Of a stretch of 64,000 bases of DNA, positions 28,583 to 38,671 are shown piece by piece (the stretch's first letter is position 1; each line of letters opens with the position of its first letter). The stretch lies in IMG/VR virus record IMGVR_UViG_3300033747_000014; one strand, written 5' to 3'. Under the pieces are notes generated by a model that was not told where the DNA came from, searched no databases, and saw nothing but the letters and a program-made list of their open reading frames with translations. This DNA is from a virus. Lineage: Duplodnaviria > Heunggongvirae > Uroviricota > Caudoviricetes. A program made the position numbers and the translations under genes.

Positions 28583-28780
28583 ATGAAAAACGAAATAATA
28601 TTTATAGCAGAACAGCTTAATTGTGGAGATATAAGTGAAAAAGAAGCAATAAGAGAGTTATTGGTTTTATTTGGTGTTAGCAATATCTTACGTAGATTAA
28701 AAAATCATGCAGAAATATATAGCTATCCAAGTAAAAGTTTTAAACTAAAGCTGAAAAAATTCATAAGCGATTATTGCTAA
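28583..28780 (+). CDS. hypothetical protein
   Basis: 65-aa ORF, last gene before the GC-richer island. Confidence 0.25.
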   Translation: MKNEIIFIAEQLNCGDISEKEAIRELLVLFGVSNILRRLKNHAEIYSYPSKSFKLKLKKFISDYC

Positions 28781-29232
28781 CGCTTTGTGTAAGATTTGAA
28801 GCGTAAACCACTACACTTGATTAAATGCGTAAAACGCCATATTGCGCTTTTAATCTTACAGTTTGTTATGGCGAATTAATTTAAAGACATGATAGATATT
28901 GAAAAATCAACAAAAGAAGAACTAATTAAGGAGTATGAATTAGTGACTGTTGATACTTGGAGTAAGTATAGTTGCGATTGTTTGGGGTTTTATATATCAG
29001 CCCTTCATCGCAAAATAGTAGAACTTGGTGGATGGCTTTAATTCACTATAACGAATGGTTGTATGTGTTCGGTTTTGCCACACACATACTCCGATTCAAA
29101 GCGATAAAGCCAATTAGCAAAACTGACATATACAACGTGTTAGCAGTAGTACAGATTTAAACCACAAATTGTTCAATCGAAGAACTGAACCTTTTTCTTT
29201 TTTTGTGTGGAGGGAAAAATAAAAATTGAATA

Positions 29233-30030
29233 ATGAAACGAAATATAATTTATAACGAAGATTGTAAGATTACCTTGAAAAGACTTCAAGATAAATCTAT
29301 TGATGGTATAATCACATCACCACCATATAACATCAATACAGAAAGAAGTGATTGCTATTACAACAATGGTTATTCTGAATTGGATGGTTTGAGTGAGAAT
29401 GATTACCTTGAAGTTAGAACAAATGAATTTAAAGAATTTTCAAGAGTGATAAATGATACTGGCGTAATTTGCTACAACATATCTTATGCAAAAGAAAATC
29501 CAATTTTACCAACATTATTAGTTGCGAAAATTCATAATGAAACTGATTTAACTATTGCAGATATTATTTGTTGGAAGAAACCAAATGCAATACCTTTTCA
29601 GACTTCACCGACCAAATTAAGTAGAATAACTGAATTGATTTATGTTTTTGTAAAAAAAGAGCATTTACACACATTCAAAACCAACAAGGAAGTAAGTAAG
29701 GTAAATGAAAAAACAGGGCAGAAGTTTTACAAAAACTATGTGAATTACATTGAAGCACGAAATAATGATGGATACAAATCTCAATTAAAAGCATCATTTT
29801 CACAAGATTTGGTAAACCAACTTATAAACATTTACTTTCCAAAAGGTAGTTTGATTTATGAACCTTTTACTGGAATAGGAACTACGCAACTAAGTTGTAT
29901 TGAAAATGATTGTGATTATATTGGTAGCGAATTAGTAAAAGACCACTATGAAATTGCTTTAAAAAGGGTGGAAGAAAAAAGAAAAGAAAAAGAGAACACG
30001 CCACAAACTTTATTCGATGAACCGAACTAA
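29233..30030 (+). CDS. DNA methyltransferase, beta-class (SPPY motif; N4C or N6A)
   Basis: Motif IV IITSPPYNI then C-terminal motif I EPFTGIGTTQLSC. Preceded by AAAATTGA 3 nt before ATG. Confidence 0.7.
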   Translation: MKRNIIYNEDCKITLKRLQDKSIDGIITSPPYNINTERSDCYYNNGYSELDGLSENDYLEVRTNEFKEFSRVINDTGVICYNISYAKENPILPTLLVAKIHNETDLTIADIICWKKPNAIPFQTSPTKLSRITELIYVFVKKEHLHTFKTNKEVSKVNEKTGQKFYKNYVNYIEARNNDGYKSQLKASFSQDLVNQLINIYFPKGSLIYEPFTGIGTTQLSCIENDCDYIGSELVKDHYEIALKRVEEKRKEKENTPQTLFDEPN

Positions 30031-30107
30031 GCACTTGTGGCTAACGAAAATAATATGGGGTGATTGCCCTTAAAAATTAGTAGGAACTTAATAAAATATA
30101 ATGACTT

Positions 30108-30320
30108 ATGAATACAGATAAATCAACAACAGAGAACGGCAATTTGCCTATATTTAGTGTTAGGCAACGTTTATTGAATAGAATGAATGAGTTTATAAAA
30201 CAATATGAAATAATGGGACTATACCCCAATGAATTATATACATTAATGAGTAGTTATGCACACATAAACAAATTAGAATATGATATGGAAACACATACTG
30301 ATTTGTTAAATGTTGCTTAA
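30108..30320 (+). CDS. hypothetical protein
   Basis: 70-aa ORF in GC-richer island. Confidence 0.25.
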   Translation: MNTDKSTTENGNLPIFSVRQRLLNRMNEFIKQYEIMGLYPNELYTLMSSYAHINKLEYDMETHTDLLNVA

Positions 30321-30377
30321 CGTGCTATTGTAAGAATAGTAGCCGATTTTGAGACACGAATTTTGAAATAATTACAA

Positions 30378-30662
30378 ATGTTAAACAAAGTAAATAGCCC
30401 TAATAAACGCACTACAACGGCTATTACTTATATAAATTGTTGTAGTGCGTTTTTAGCGATGGCAAAATATAGAATAAAAGAGTATGATTACGGAACTCGT
30501 AAAAATTATGTAGTACAGCGAAGGTCAATTTTTGGTTTTTGGTACAATCCTGATAATATAGATGGATGCACAACAGGATGGTATGATAGTATGGAAGAAG
30601 CAAAAGAAGTTATAAACCAAAAATTGACACCAACTAAAACGAAGGTTGTGTGGGGTGGATAA
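30378..30662 (+). CDS. hypothetical protein
   Basis: 94-aa ORF. Its 5' end contains a 14-bp-stem hairpin (30404-30452). Confidence 0.3.
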   Translation: MLNKVNSPNKRTTTAITYINCCSAFLAMAKYRIKEYDYGTRKNYVVQRRSIFGFWYNPDNIDGCTTGWYDSMEEAKEVINQKLTPTKTKVVWGG

Positions 30663-30726
30663 CGGTTTGGCTATGTGTAGTGCCGACCTTCAATAAATTA
30701 CTACACTAATTTAAAAGACTAAAACA

Positions 30727-30945
30727 ATGAGTGAAGAACAAAACTTAGAAAACAAAGACAAGGCATTACATATAGGTGGTGTTGTGCGTAGTATTTCGGT
30801 TTACTCTAATTGTGAAGATGAGCGATTAGATTATCGTAAAGATTATGTATTTCACCATTTTATATCTAAACGAAAAGCCTTGATTGAAGATGAAGAAAGC
30901 GGAAAGTTAATGGAAGTGCATTATGCTAACTTTAAATTCTCCTAA
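30727..30945 (+). CDS. hypothetical protein
   Basis: 72-aa ORF. Confidence 0.25.
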   Translation: MSEEQNLENKDKALHIGGVVRSISVYSNCEDERLDYRKDYVFHHFISKRKALIEDEESGKLMEVHYANFKFS

Positions 30946-30976
30946 TATTACGCACAACGGCTAAGTATATGAAGCG

Positions 30977-31297
30977 GTGGCGATTAATAGCTGTAAGATT
31001 GCCAACACGCTTAAACTAATTAAACAGCTAAAAGTGGTTAAAAAGACGTACAACGCCACTGATTTATATACAATGTTGTGCGCAGTACGGATTATGGAAA
31101 TTAAATTTGAAACAGTACAAGAGTTTGTTAGTTGGTTGATTGAAAACCCCACAAAAGAAATTGCAGACGGTTACGGCAGAAAATGGAAATACAGAAACTT
31201 TAAATTCTACTTTAAGGATATTGGAACTAAAGATGAATACCAAGAGGGAATAAAGTGCCTTCACTTATACCAAACTCCTTTGTATGCGCTTTCGTAG
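30977..31297 (+). CDS. hypothetical protein
   Basis: 106-aa ORF. Confidence 0.3.
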   Translation: MAINSCKIANTLKLIKQLKVVKKTYNATDLYTMLCAVRIMEIKFETVQEFVSWLIENPTKEIADGYGRKWKYRNFKFYFKDIGTKDEYQEGIKCLHLYQTPLYALS

Positions 31298-31376
31298 TAT
31301 TGCGCACAACGTGCTGGCGGTATGCACCTGTGCCGCATACAAAGAATGAATTTATCAATTTAAAAATAATTTAGAT

Positions 31377-31619
31377 ATGAAAACCGAACAGACAAATGCA
31401 AAAGACAAAAGGCATGGTGTATTACCGCATGTTAACGGTAGTATTCCGAAGCGGCATAATCATGACCATTTTTGGGTTGAAGATGGTGTTTTATTTGAAA
31501 GCTATAATACCATAAGAGGAATGAGGTATGATGCAATTAAAAATGTTCCGGGAATGCCTGACTTGGATATATGCGGGTGTGCTGCTATAAGCTACATAGC
31601 GAAGGAATATTACCGTTAA
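31377..31619 (+). CDS. hypothetical protein
   Basis: 80-aa ORF. Confidence 0.25.
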   Translation: MKTEQTNAKDKRHGVLPHVNGSIPKRHNHDHFWVEDGVLFESYNTIRGMRYDAIKNVPGMPDLDICGCAAISYIAKEYYR

Positions 31620-31776
31620 CGGTGAGTATATGCGAAGTGCTGACGATAGGAAGCATTGCGTATATACATTGTTGTACACTGTATGGCGACTTAACAGAAC
31701 GAAACTTATACCGAAGCACAGAACTTAGTATTTATTTTTTGTGCGGTGGCAAATATTAATTTGAAAAATTAAAACA

Positions 31777-32487
31777 ATGAAATACTTAGGAAGCAAGAAT
31801 AGAATTGCAAAACATATACTACCAATAATGCTTGAACATAAAACACCTGAAATGATTTGGGTAGAGCCTTTTGTTGGTGGTGCAAATATGATTGATAAAG
31901 TAGAAGGTAAGCGAATAGGTGCAGACTTGAATGAATACTTGATTGAAGCATTGATATTGATTAGGGATAACCCCGAAAAAATACCTGACTTAATAACAGA
32001 GGAAGATTACCAAAAACTAAAACAAGAAATGAGAGTTGATGGACTAACTGGATTTACTGGATTTGCAATGAGTTTTGGTGGTAAATTTTTTGGAGGATAC
32101 AGAAGAGATGTAGCTGGAACAAAAGGGTGTATTGAAAATATGAAAACACAAACCCGAAGAAGTAAGCAAAACGCAATAAAGCAAAGTAAGAATTTAAAAG
32201 GCGTGAAGCTGATTAATTGTAGCTATGATGAATTACCTTTGAATAGTGATAATTGCTTGATTTATTGCGACCCACCATATGAAGGAACGACAAGCTACCG
32301 TGATGGATTTGACCACATTAAGTTTTGGAACTGGTGTAGGGAAATGAGCGACAGAGGACACGTTGTTTTTATTAGTGAATACAATGCTCCTACCGACTTT
32401 AAATGTGTATGGCAAAAAGAAGTAGCCACCACAATAAGCAAGCAACAAGGCAAGAAGGATATTGAAAAACTTTTTATTGCCCCATAA
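31777..32487 (+). CDS. dam: DNA adenine methyltransferase, Dam family (second copy)
   Basis: MKYLGSKNRIAKHILPIM (YxGSK), motif I FVGGANM, motif IV IYCDPPYEGT. Confidence 0.8.
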   Translation: MKYLGSKNRIAKHILPIMLEHKTPEMIWVEPFVGGANMIDKVEGKRIGADLNEYLIEALILIRDNPEKIPDLITEEDYQKLKQEMRVDGLTGFTGFAMSFGGKFFGGYRRDVAGTKGCIENMKTQTRRSKQNAIKQSKNLKGVKLINCSYDELPLNSDNCLIYCDPPYEGTTSYRDGFDHIKFWNWCREMSDRGHVVFISEYNAPTDFKCVWQKEVATTISKQQGKKDIEKLFIAP

Positions 32488-32654
32488 GGGCAAAAGAGGG
32501 AAGGAAAAATAAATACGGTATGATTAGCACTAACCTTGATACGAGAACGGAACTAAGCCATATTGTGTACAACGTTGATGCTGTATGAGGCGTTTTGCCC
32601 TACAAACAGCACTGCACTTGATTAGAATTATAAACTTACAAAACAGTAGAAACG

Positions 32655-33023
32655 ATGAAAAAAGATAGCAAAATGACTTATGACAGCTTGTTAGCATTTC
32701 GTTGCGGTTATAGTCGCAGAGTGATTCTTTTTAGCAGATACGCTTTTAAAATAGCCCGTGATAAAAACGGTAGACGTTGCAATATAGGAGAATTGCATTG
32801 CTCAACAAGCTATACAGATGCACCAATAGCAAAAGTGATACTTAGCTTGTTTAATGGATGGTTGATTGTTATGAATAGGTGCAATGAGATTGATAAGGAT
32901 GATTACGAAAGTGCTTTTAAAATCGATAATGCAATTCGTGATTATAACCTAAATGCAGAGGCTTTACCGCAGAATGTAGGGCTATTTTATGATAGATTAG
33001 TACTTGTTGACTACTGGCAGTAG
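32655..33023 (+). CDS. hypothetical protein
   Basis: 122-aa ORF. Confidence 0.3.
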   Translation: MKKDSKMTYDSLLAFRCGYSRRVILFSRYAFKIARDKNGRRCNIGELHCSTSYTDAPIAKVILSLFNGWLIVMNRCNEIDKDDYESAFKIDNAIRDYNLNAEALPQNVGLFYDRLVLVDYWQ

Positions 33024-33162
33024 CAATGAATGCTAACGGTTAGTATATGAGGCGTTGCCCTCACAAACTTTGATAAAATGAATAAAATTAATTATTTAGT
33101 ATAAACTTAAAAAAGACCACAGAGGCAATGCCTTATATACATTGTTATGTGGCGTTATTTAT

Positions 33163-33417
33163 ATGAAAAATAAAGAGAAGTTAGTATTTACTGATGATTA
33201 TAAAAAAGCGGACAAACTCGGATTGACTGAATTGAATAGATGGGAAGATGGAATCGACCACCATCCGATGAGTGAAAGATTAGTTAGGTTTATGGCAGAC
33301 CATGACTTTAATGACTACAACGATAGTATGTGTATAAAGGTGGGGGGTGATGGTGATAATGGAGAGCAATTAATGTATTTAATGGATGCTTTTTTTGAAA
33401 TGTTGGATAATACTTAA
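33163..33417 (+). CDS. hypothetical protein
   Basis: ORF 33142..33417 trimmed to MKNKEKLVF. Confidence 0.3.
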   Translation: MKNKEKLVFTDDYKKADKLGLTELNRWEDGIDHHPMSERLVRFMADHDFNDYNDSMCIKVGGDGDNGEQLMYLMDAFFEMLDNT

Positions 33418-33482
33418 TGCCACATAACGGATTATAAATGCACTATACATTTGTACATCCACATTAATCATCTATTAGTCAA

Positions 33483-33716
33483 ATGATAACACAAAAACAA
33501 ATATCTAATTTACACAAACTACCACTATCTGACATTAGTCTGATATTAGACGAATGTATAGAAGCTTTAGGGTTATGTGATATTAAAACATCTTGTGAAG
33601 CTTTAGGAGTACAAAGATCTAGAATTTATCAATTAATGGATGAGAACAATGTGAAAAATATTGGTATACATAAATTTTTAATGATTAATATTTTAAACGA
33701 TGAAAAGAAAAATTAA
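33483..33716 (+). CDS. helix-turn-helix DNA-binding protein (putative)
   Basis: CEALGVQRSRIYQLMDENNV is HTH-like. Confidence 0.35.
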   Translation: MITQKQISNLHKLPLSDISLILDECIEALGLCDIKTSCEALGVQRSRIYQLMDENNVKNIGIHKFLMINILNDEKKN

Positions 33717-34029
33717 AGAAATAATTCATAAAATAAATTTTGATGGTGAATATGCTGAAATAAGATTTTCTGATTTTCCTAAAGATATTAAAGAAGATGA
33801 TATTATTAATATCGTTAGAGAAGAATCTTATAGTAGTGAAAATGATTCGTATGATGGTTATAGTGAATTATGGATTATTCGTGAAAGAGATGAAACTGAT
33901 GAGGAATATCAAAAAAGACAGTTGGAAAGAGAAAATTATTTTAAAGAACGTAAGAAGAATAGATATGAAACATATTTAAAATTGAAGTCTGAATTTGAAG
34001 ATAATCATAATTTGTTTGAAAAGAAATGA
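33700..34029 (+). CDS. hypothetical acidic protein
   Basis: 109-aa ORF. Confidence 0.3.
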   Translation: MKRKIKEIIHKINFDGEYAEIRFSDFPKDIKEDDIINIVREESYSSENDSYDGYSELWIIRERDETDEEYQKRQLERENYFKERKKNRYETYLKLKSEFEDNHNLFEKK

Positions 34030-34064
34030 TTTTAATTTGTATATTGTTTGTTAATTATGAAAAT

Positions 34065-34085
34065 TAATCATATATTTGTATTATA
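34065..34085 (+). promoter_or_regulatory. TATATTTG promoter box upstream of RNA ligase gene
   Basis: TATATTTG at 34071-34078. Confidence 0.45.
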
Positions 34086-34155
34086 AATATTTTTATTTAA
34101 ATAAAAGAGAATTTAATACAAGAGAACATATTTCTTAAATTAAAAAATATAAATC

Positions 34156-35463
34156 ATGAAATTAAAAAAACCAGAAAATCAAAATTATTCAGCAATAGTT
34201 GTTGAATTGAATCGTTTTGTAGATTTAGAAAACTGTGATAATGTGAAAGCTGCCATTATCATGGGTAATCAAGTGATAGTATCAAAAGATACACAAGAGG
34301 GTGAAATAGGTGTTTATTTTCCTGTTGAATCACAATTATCACATGAATTTGTATCAAATAACAATCTTTATAGACATTCAGATAATAATGTAGATATAAA
34401 TAAAAGAGGTTATTTTGAAGATAATAGACGTGTTCGATGTGTAAAATTTAGAGGTAATAAATCTGAGGGTATGTATATTCCTTTAGAGTCTCTTAAATTT
34501 GTTTTGGGTGATAAAATAAAAGAACTCAAAGTTGGTGATGAGTTTGATGAGTTAGAGGGTGTAAATATTTGTAAAAAATATGTTATTAAAAAGAAAGAAT
34601 CAAATCCAACATCAAAAAAGAATAAAGGTAAGAAAGCAAAAGAAAGTAAAATTATTGAAAATCAGTTTAGATTTCATGATGATACTGTTCAATTGTACAG
34701 GAATTTACACAAAGTAAATTTGGATGATTATATCTCTATATCTTATAAGATCCACGGAACATCCAGCATTAGTAGTAAAGTGTTATGCAAGAAGAAATTA
34801 AATATTGTTGAGAAAGCATTGAAAACTTTAGGAGTAAATATTGTTGATAAACAGTATGATAATCTTTATGCTTCAAGAAGAGTTATTAAAAATGAGGATT
34901 TAAACCCTCAAGCTGAACATTATTATGGTGAAGATATTTGGGGTCTTGCAAATGAAAGATTGAAAGATGTTCTTTTAGATGGAATGACTATCTATTATGA
35001 AATTGTTGGTTTTACACCAACAGGTACACCAATTCAAAAAGGATTTGATTATGGGTGTAGGGATGGTCATTTTGAAATTTATGTTTATAGAATCACTTTT
35101 ACAAATCCATCTGGAAATGTTTTTGAGTTCTCTTTTAAACAAATGGAAGAATGGTGTAAATCCAGAGATATAAAAACTGTACCATTGTTGTTTTATGGAA
35201 CAGTTAAAGATCTCTTCATAAAAAATCATAAAGAAATTCCAGAAGATGATCGTGATTGGAGAGATACATTCTTACAAATATTGAAAGACAATTATAATGA
35301 AAAGAATTGTTATATGTGTTTAAATCCTGTTCCAGAAGAAGGTTGTGTTGTTAGGATTGAAAAATTGGATTTTGAAGGATATAAATGCAAATCTGAAAGA
35401 TTTTATAATTGGGAAACAAAGATGTTAGATAAAGGTGAATCTGATATTGAAAGTGAAAATTAA
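34156..35463 (+). CDS. ATP-dependent RNA ligase (Rnl2/Rnl5-like nucleotidyltransferase domain with N-terminal extension)
   Basis: Motif I SYKIHGTSS (KxHGT), motif IV EGCVVRIEKL, motif V EGYKCKSERF. Confidence 0.5.
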   Translation: MKLKKPENQNYSAIVVELNRFVDLENCDNVKAAIIMGNQVIVSKDTQEGEIGVYFPVESQLSHEFVSNNNLYRHSDNNVDINKRGYFEDNRRVRCVKFRGNKSEGMYIPLESLKFVLGDKIKELKVGDEFDELEGVNICKKYVIKKKESNPTSKKNKGKKAKESKIIENQFRFHDDTVQLYRNLHKVNLDDYISISYKIHGTSSISSKVLCKKKLNIVEKALKTLGVNIVDKQYDNLYASRRVIKNEDLNPQAEHYYGEDIWGLANERLKDVLLDGMTIYYEIVGFTPTGTPIQKGFDYGCRDGHFEIYVYRITFTNPSGNVFEFSFKQMEEWCKSRDIKTVPLLFYGTVKDLFIKNHKEIPEDDRDWRDTFLQILKDNYNEKNCYMCLNPVPEEGCVVRIEKLDFEGYKCKSERFYNWETKMLDKGESDIESEN

Positions 35464-35468
35464 AAAAT

Positions 35469-35510
35469 AAAGAAGAATTATTGTTTTTACGATAATTCTT
35501 CTTTATTTTT
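35469..35510 (+). terminator. intrinsic terminator
   Basis: AAGAAGAATTAT...ATAATTCTTCTTT hairpin plus T-run. Confidence 0.6.
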
Positions 35511-35536
35511 GTATAATAATAAATTAACTAAAATAC

Positions 35537-36571
35537 ATGGATGATATTTTTGAGAATATGTTTATGACTTCTGATAAGATTGTTGACTTATTAAGTAATA
35601 AGTTGATATCTCAATTAGAGGTCATAAACAATGTTAAATTTGAAGAATCAGAAATTAATAATGGTGTTGCATCCAGAATTAAACATACAAATGTTAAAGG
35701 TTTTGACATATATTATGAAGACGATGCACACGTTTATTATATTATTAAAGATGGTGTTCGATTACCATTAATCTCAGTAACAACATTAATTGGGTTATTC
35801 AATATACCATTTGATACATATAATCAAGCAATACGATGTGCAAACAAAACAGAATATGATTGTAATTGTTTAGATATTACCAATTGGGATTATATTACAA
35901 TAGATGAAAGAACAAAGAGAATTTTAAAAGCATGGGATGAAAATAATCGTATAGCAACAGAATATGGTACTGCAGTTCACATGGCTTGCGAATATTTAGC
36001 GAACAATATAAACATGGATTTTGACGAAATACTTGATATTGTTGTTAGTAGATGTGGAGATGTTTTAAAAGATAGAAAATTAGTTTACAAATATCTTGTT
36101 AAATTTAAAAAATTTTTACAATATTATTTAGATCAAGGATTTGAAATTATTACAGAACCAGTTGTAGTTGATTTAATTTTAGGTTCAGCAGGGCAATCAG
36201 ATTTAATTTTAATTCATCATGAAAAAAAAATAATTAAAACTTTAGATCATAAAACCAATGCTGAAAATCCTGTTGAAGAAAAAGCATATAATAAAATGAG
36301 AGGAATCTTTTCACATTTAGATTCTTATGCGTATACTCATTATTGTATTCAAATTCCATATTATTCTTTTATGCTTAAACAAATATATAAAGATTATACT
36401 GTTGATGAGATGACTCTACTGTGGTTTAACGAGGAAGATGAGGGTTATAAATTAATACCGATTGATATGGATTATTGGAATAAACAAATTCAAAACATGA
36501 GAGAATATTTTATTAAACATAATATTTCTAAACGAGTTTATGATAAAATAAAGGAGTATAATGAAAACTAA
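35537..36571 (+). CDS. hypothetical protein
   Basis: 344-aa ORF. Confidence 0.4.
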   Translation: MDDIFENMFMTSDKIVDLLSNKLISQLEVINNVKFEESEINNGVASRIKHTNVKGFDIYYEDDAHVYYIIKDGVRLPLISVTTLIGLFNIPFDTYNQAIRCANKTEYDCNCLDITNWDYITIDERTKRILKAWDENNRIATEYGTAVHMACEYLANNINMDFDEILDIVVSRCGDVLKDRKLVYKYLVKFKKFLQYYLDQGFEIITEPVVVDLILGSAGQSDLILIHHEKKIIKTLDHKTNAENPVEEKAYNKMRGIFSHLDSYAYTHYCIQIPYYSFMLKQIYKDYTVDEMTLLWFNEEDEGYKLIPIDMDYWNKQIQNMREYFIKHNISKRVYDKIKEYNEN

Positions 36572-36770
36572 ATTATTAAGAAAATTGAGAAAATTAAATT
36601 GGATTATTTATGTTCCATCTGAAACAGAATATAGAATAAAAGATAATCTAAGAGGTCGTGTTGTTTATATAAAAAATTACGATATGGCTATAAAAAATAG
36701 AAGAGAATTCATATTGGAAAATGCACACGCTAAATATGAAAAATATATGAAAATAAAAATAATTGAATAA
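36561..36770 (+). CDS. hypothetical protein
   Basis: 69-aa ORF. Confidence 0.25.
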   Translation: MKTKLLRKLRKLNWIIYVPSETEYRIKDNLRGRVVYIKNYDMAIKNRREFILENAHAKYEKYMKIKIIE

Positions 36771-36776
36771 TTTATT

Positions 36777-37196
36777 ATGGAAGAACAATTAATAACATTA
36801 GAGACAGCTAAAATAGCTAAAGAAAAAGGTTTTAAACTTAATCATGGATGTGATAGTTATTATGTAGTTTTAGAAGATAGTTATTTAGAAGACCACTATA
36901 AACATGAAGATGTCCTATTGTATTCTAAAGGTCAAATAAAACTTTCAAGTAAATCTTTATATAATACTATGTGTGAGAATGTAGGTGATGCACCAAGCCA
37001 ATCAATACTTCAGAAATGGTTAAGAGATGAACATAATATTGATATAGAAATAAGTGTACATCTAAGAAATGGTGGTAGACGGTATAGATCAGATATCTTT
37101 ATATATGGTTTTCACGATAAAGAGATGGAAGAACAAGAAACTTATGAAGATGCATTAGAAGAAGGTTTACAAGAAGCATTAAAACTTATAAAATAA
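36777..37196 (+). CDS. hypothetical protein (paralog of 54025..54426)
   Basis: N-terminus LETAKIAKEKGF and C-terminus YEDALEEGLQEALKLIK parallel the minus-strand gene at 54 kb. Confidence 0.35.
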   Translation: MEEQLITLETAKIAKEKGFKLNHGCDSYYVVLEDSYLEDHYKHEDVLLYSKGQIKLSSKSLYNTMCENVGDAPSQSILQKWLRDEHNIDIEISVHLRNGGRRYRSDIFIYGFHDKEMEEQETYEDALEEGLQEALKLIK

Positions 37197-37201
37197 AGAA
37201 T

Positions 37202-37612
37202 ATGAAAAGAATAACTCCAGATAATATACAAGAATTAAAAGAAAATGAAATATTTGTTTTCGGGTCAAATCTAAGTGGTATTCATGGTAAAGGTGCTGCA
37301 AGGTTAGCATGTGATAAATTTGGTGCTATTTGGGGTAAATCAGAGGGTTTACAGGGAGAATCATATGCTATTCCCACGAAAGATAAAACAGTCTTAAACA
37401 CCCTTAAAATTGAATATATTATTGAGTATGTAGATAAATTTATTAACTTTGCAAAAGAAAACACAAATTTAATATTTTTAGTTACTGAAATTGGTTGTGG
37501 ATATGCAGGATATAACCCTAAAGATATTGCACCGTTGTTTAAAGAGTGTGAGAATCTTGAAAATGTTTATTTACCTGAGAGTTTTTGGGAAATAATAAAA
37601 GAGAAGATTTAA
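37202..37612 (+). CDS. hypothetical protein with FGSNxxGxHGxGAA motif
   Basis: 136-aa ORF. Conserved-looking glycine-rich motif of unknown family. Confidence 0.3.
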   Translation: MKRITPDNIQELKENEIFVFGSNLSGIHGKGAARLACDKFGAIWGKSEGLQGESYAIPTKDKTVLNTLKIEYIIEYVDKFINFAKENTNLIFLVTEIGCGYAGYNPKDIAPLFKECENLENVYLPESFWEIIKEKI

Positions 37613-37622
37613 TTTAAAAATA

Positions 37623-37889
37623 ATGGGAAAAGAATGTTTTACATGTGCAAATAAAATTTGTACAGAACTTTCACAAGATGAAAGAAAAGAATTAAAAGAA
37701 CAATATAAAAAGGAAGGTAAAAGTGTTTTACGTGTTCCAGAAATGTTGTTTCATTGTGATATAACAAAAGAACAAATAAATCAAACAGATCCAGCTTGTG
37801 AACATTATCAATCAAATAAAGATATGGTTGATATTAGAAAAATGTTGAGCGATAAAGCAAAAGAATTACGTAAAGAATTAAATAAATAA
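37623..37889 (+). CDS. hypothetical protein
   Basis: 88-aa ORF. Confidence 0.3.
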   Translation: MGKECFTCANKICTELSQDERKELKEQYKKEGKSVLRVPEMLFHCDITKEQINQTDPACEHYQSNKDMVDIRKMLSDKAKELRKELNK

Positions 37890-37891
37890 GT

Positions 37892-38164
37892 ATGAGAATT
37901 GAACATTGGAAACATGAAGATATTATGCCTGATGGTAAATGTTTATCTGGTGGTGCAGTAGAAGTAAAAGAAAATATTAAATTGTCAAAATCAATAAATG
38001 GTGGGTGTAGTATTGAAAATTGTAAATGTAGTGATGGTCATTGGATGTGCATTAATTATGGATATAATAAAGATAATATGAGTGTTTCTGGAATAACTAT
38101 TTATTTTGATAACTATAAAGAAATGTGTAAACTTTTAAATTATAATTTCAACATATTAAATTAA
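37892..38164 (+). CDS. hypothetical Cys-rich protein
   Basis: 90-aa ORF. Confidence 0.3.
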   Translation: MRIEHWKHEDIMPDGKCLSGGAVEVKENIKLSKSINGGCSIENCKCSDGHWMCINYGYNKDNMSVSGITIYFDNYKEMCKLLNYNFNILN

Positions 38165-38172
38165 TTAGTGTA

Positions 38173-38433
38173 ATGAGTAAAACATATACAAAAGGAAATA
38201 TTATTGTTGAAGAAATCCAAATTGGTGATATTCATTATGAATTTTCATATGGACTTCATACTAAAGCCAAAGTATTAACTAAACCAGTTAGAGATGATAA
38301 TGGTTTTTGGACTTGGAAGAGTGAGAATATTTTAACAAATGAGATTATTAAATATGGTGTAAATGAAAAATATTCTCATTACGGGCCAAATTTATATAAT
38401 TACGAAGCTTATATAGGAACAAAACAGATATGA
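38173..38433 (+). CDS. hypothetical protein
   Basis: 86-aa ORF. Confidence 0.3.
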   Translation: MSKTYTKGNIIVEEIQIGDIHYEFSYGLHTKAKVLTKPVRDDNGFWTWKSENILTNEIIKYGVNEKYSHYGPNLYNYEAYIGTKQI

Positions 38434-38666
38434 AAAATATTAGATTAGCACTAGAAAAATCCAAAGAATTGTTGGAATTTTACATTGATAATGATGATTA
38501 TATAGATTACGATGATGATGATATGAATACAATCAAACATTATATTGATGCTTTGGATTGTGGATGTCAATGTGATTCATATAATGGTTTTGATTGTGGA
38601 TGCGGTGAACGACTTTTTAATATGAAAGAAGCTTATAAAGATATTGATAAAATAAAGAAAGAATAA
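38430..38666 (+). CDS. hypothetical Cys-rich protein
   Basis: 78-aa ORF with CGCQCD...CGCG. Confidence 0.3.
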   Translation: MKNIRLALEKSKELLEFYIDNDDYIDYDDDDMNTIKHYIDALDCGCQCDSYNGFDCGCGERLFNMKEAYKDIDKIKKE

Positions 38667-38671
38667 ACAAG

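Noticed and set aside
37282-37464. 60-aa minus ORF inside 37202..37612; also 34975..35229 (-), 32233..32493 (-), 41194..41394 (+), 31064..31264 (-), 20245..20800 (-/+) small nested ORFs
   Set aside because: They are fully embedded antisense or alternative-frame within longer, better-supported genes.
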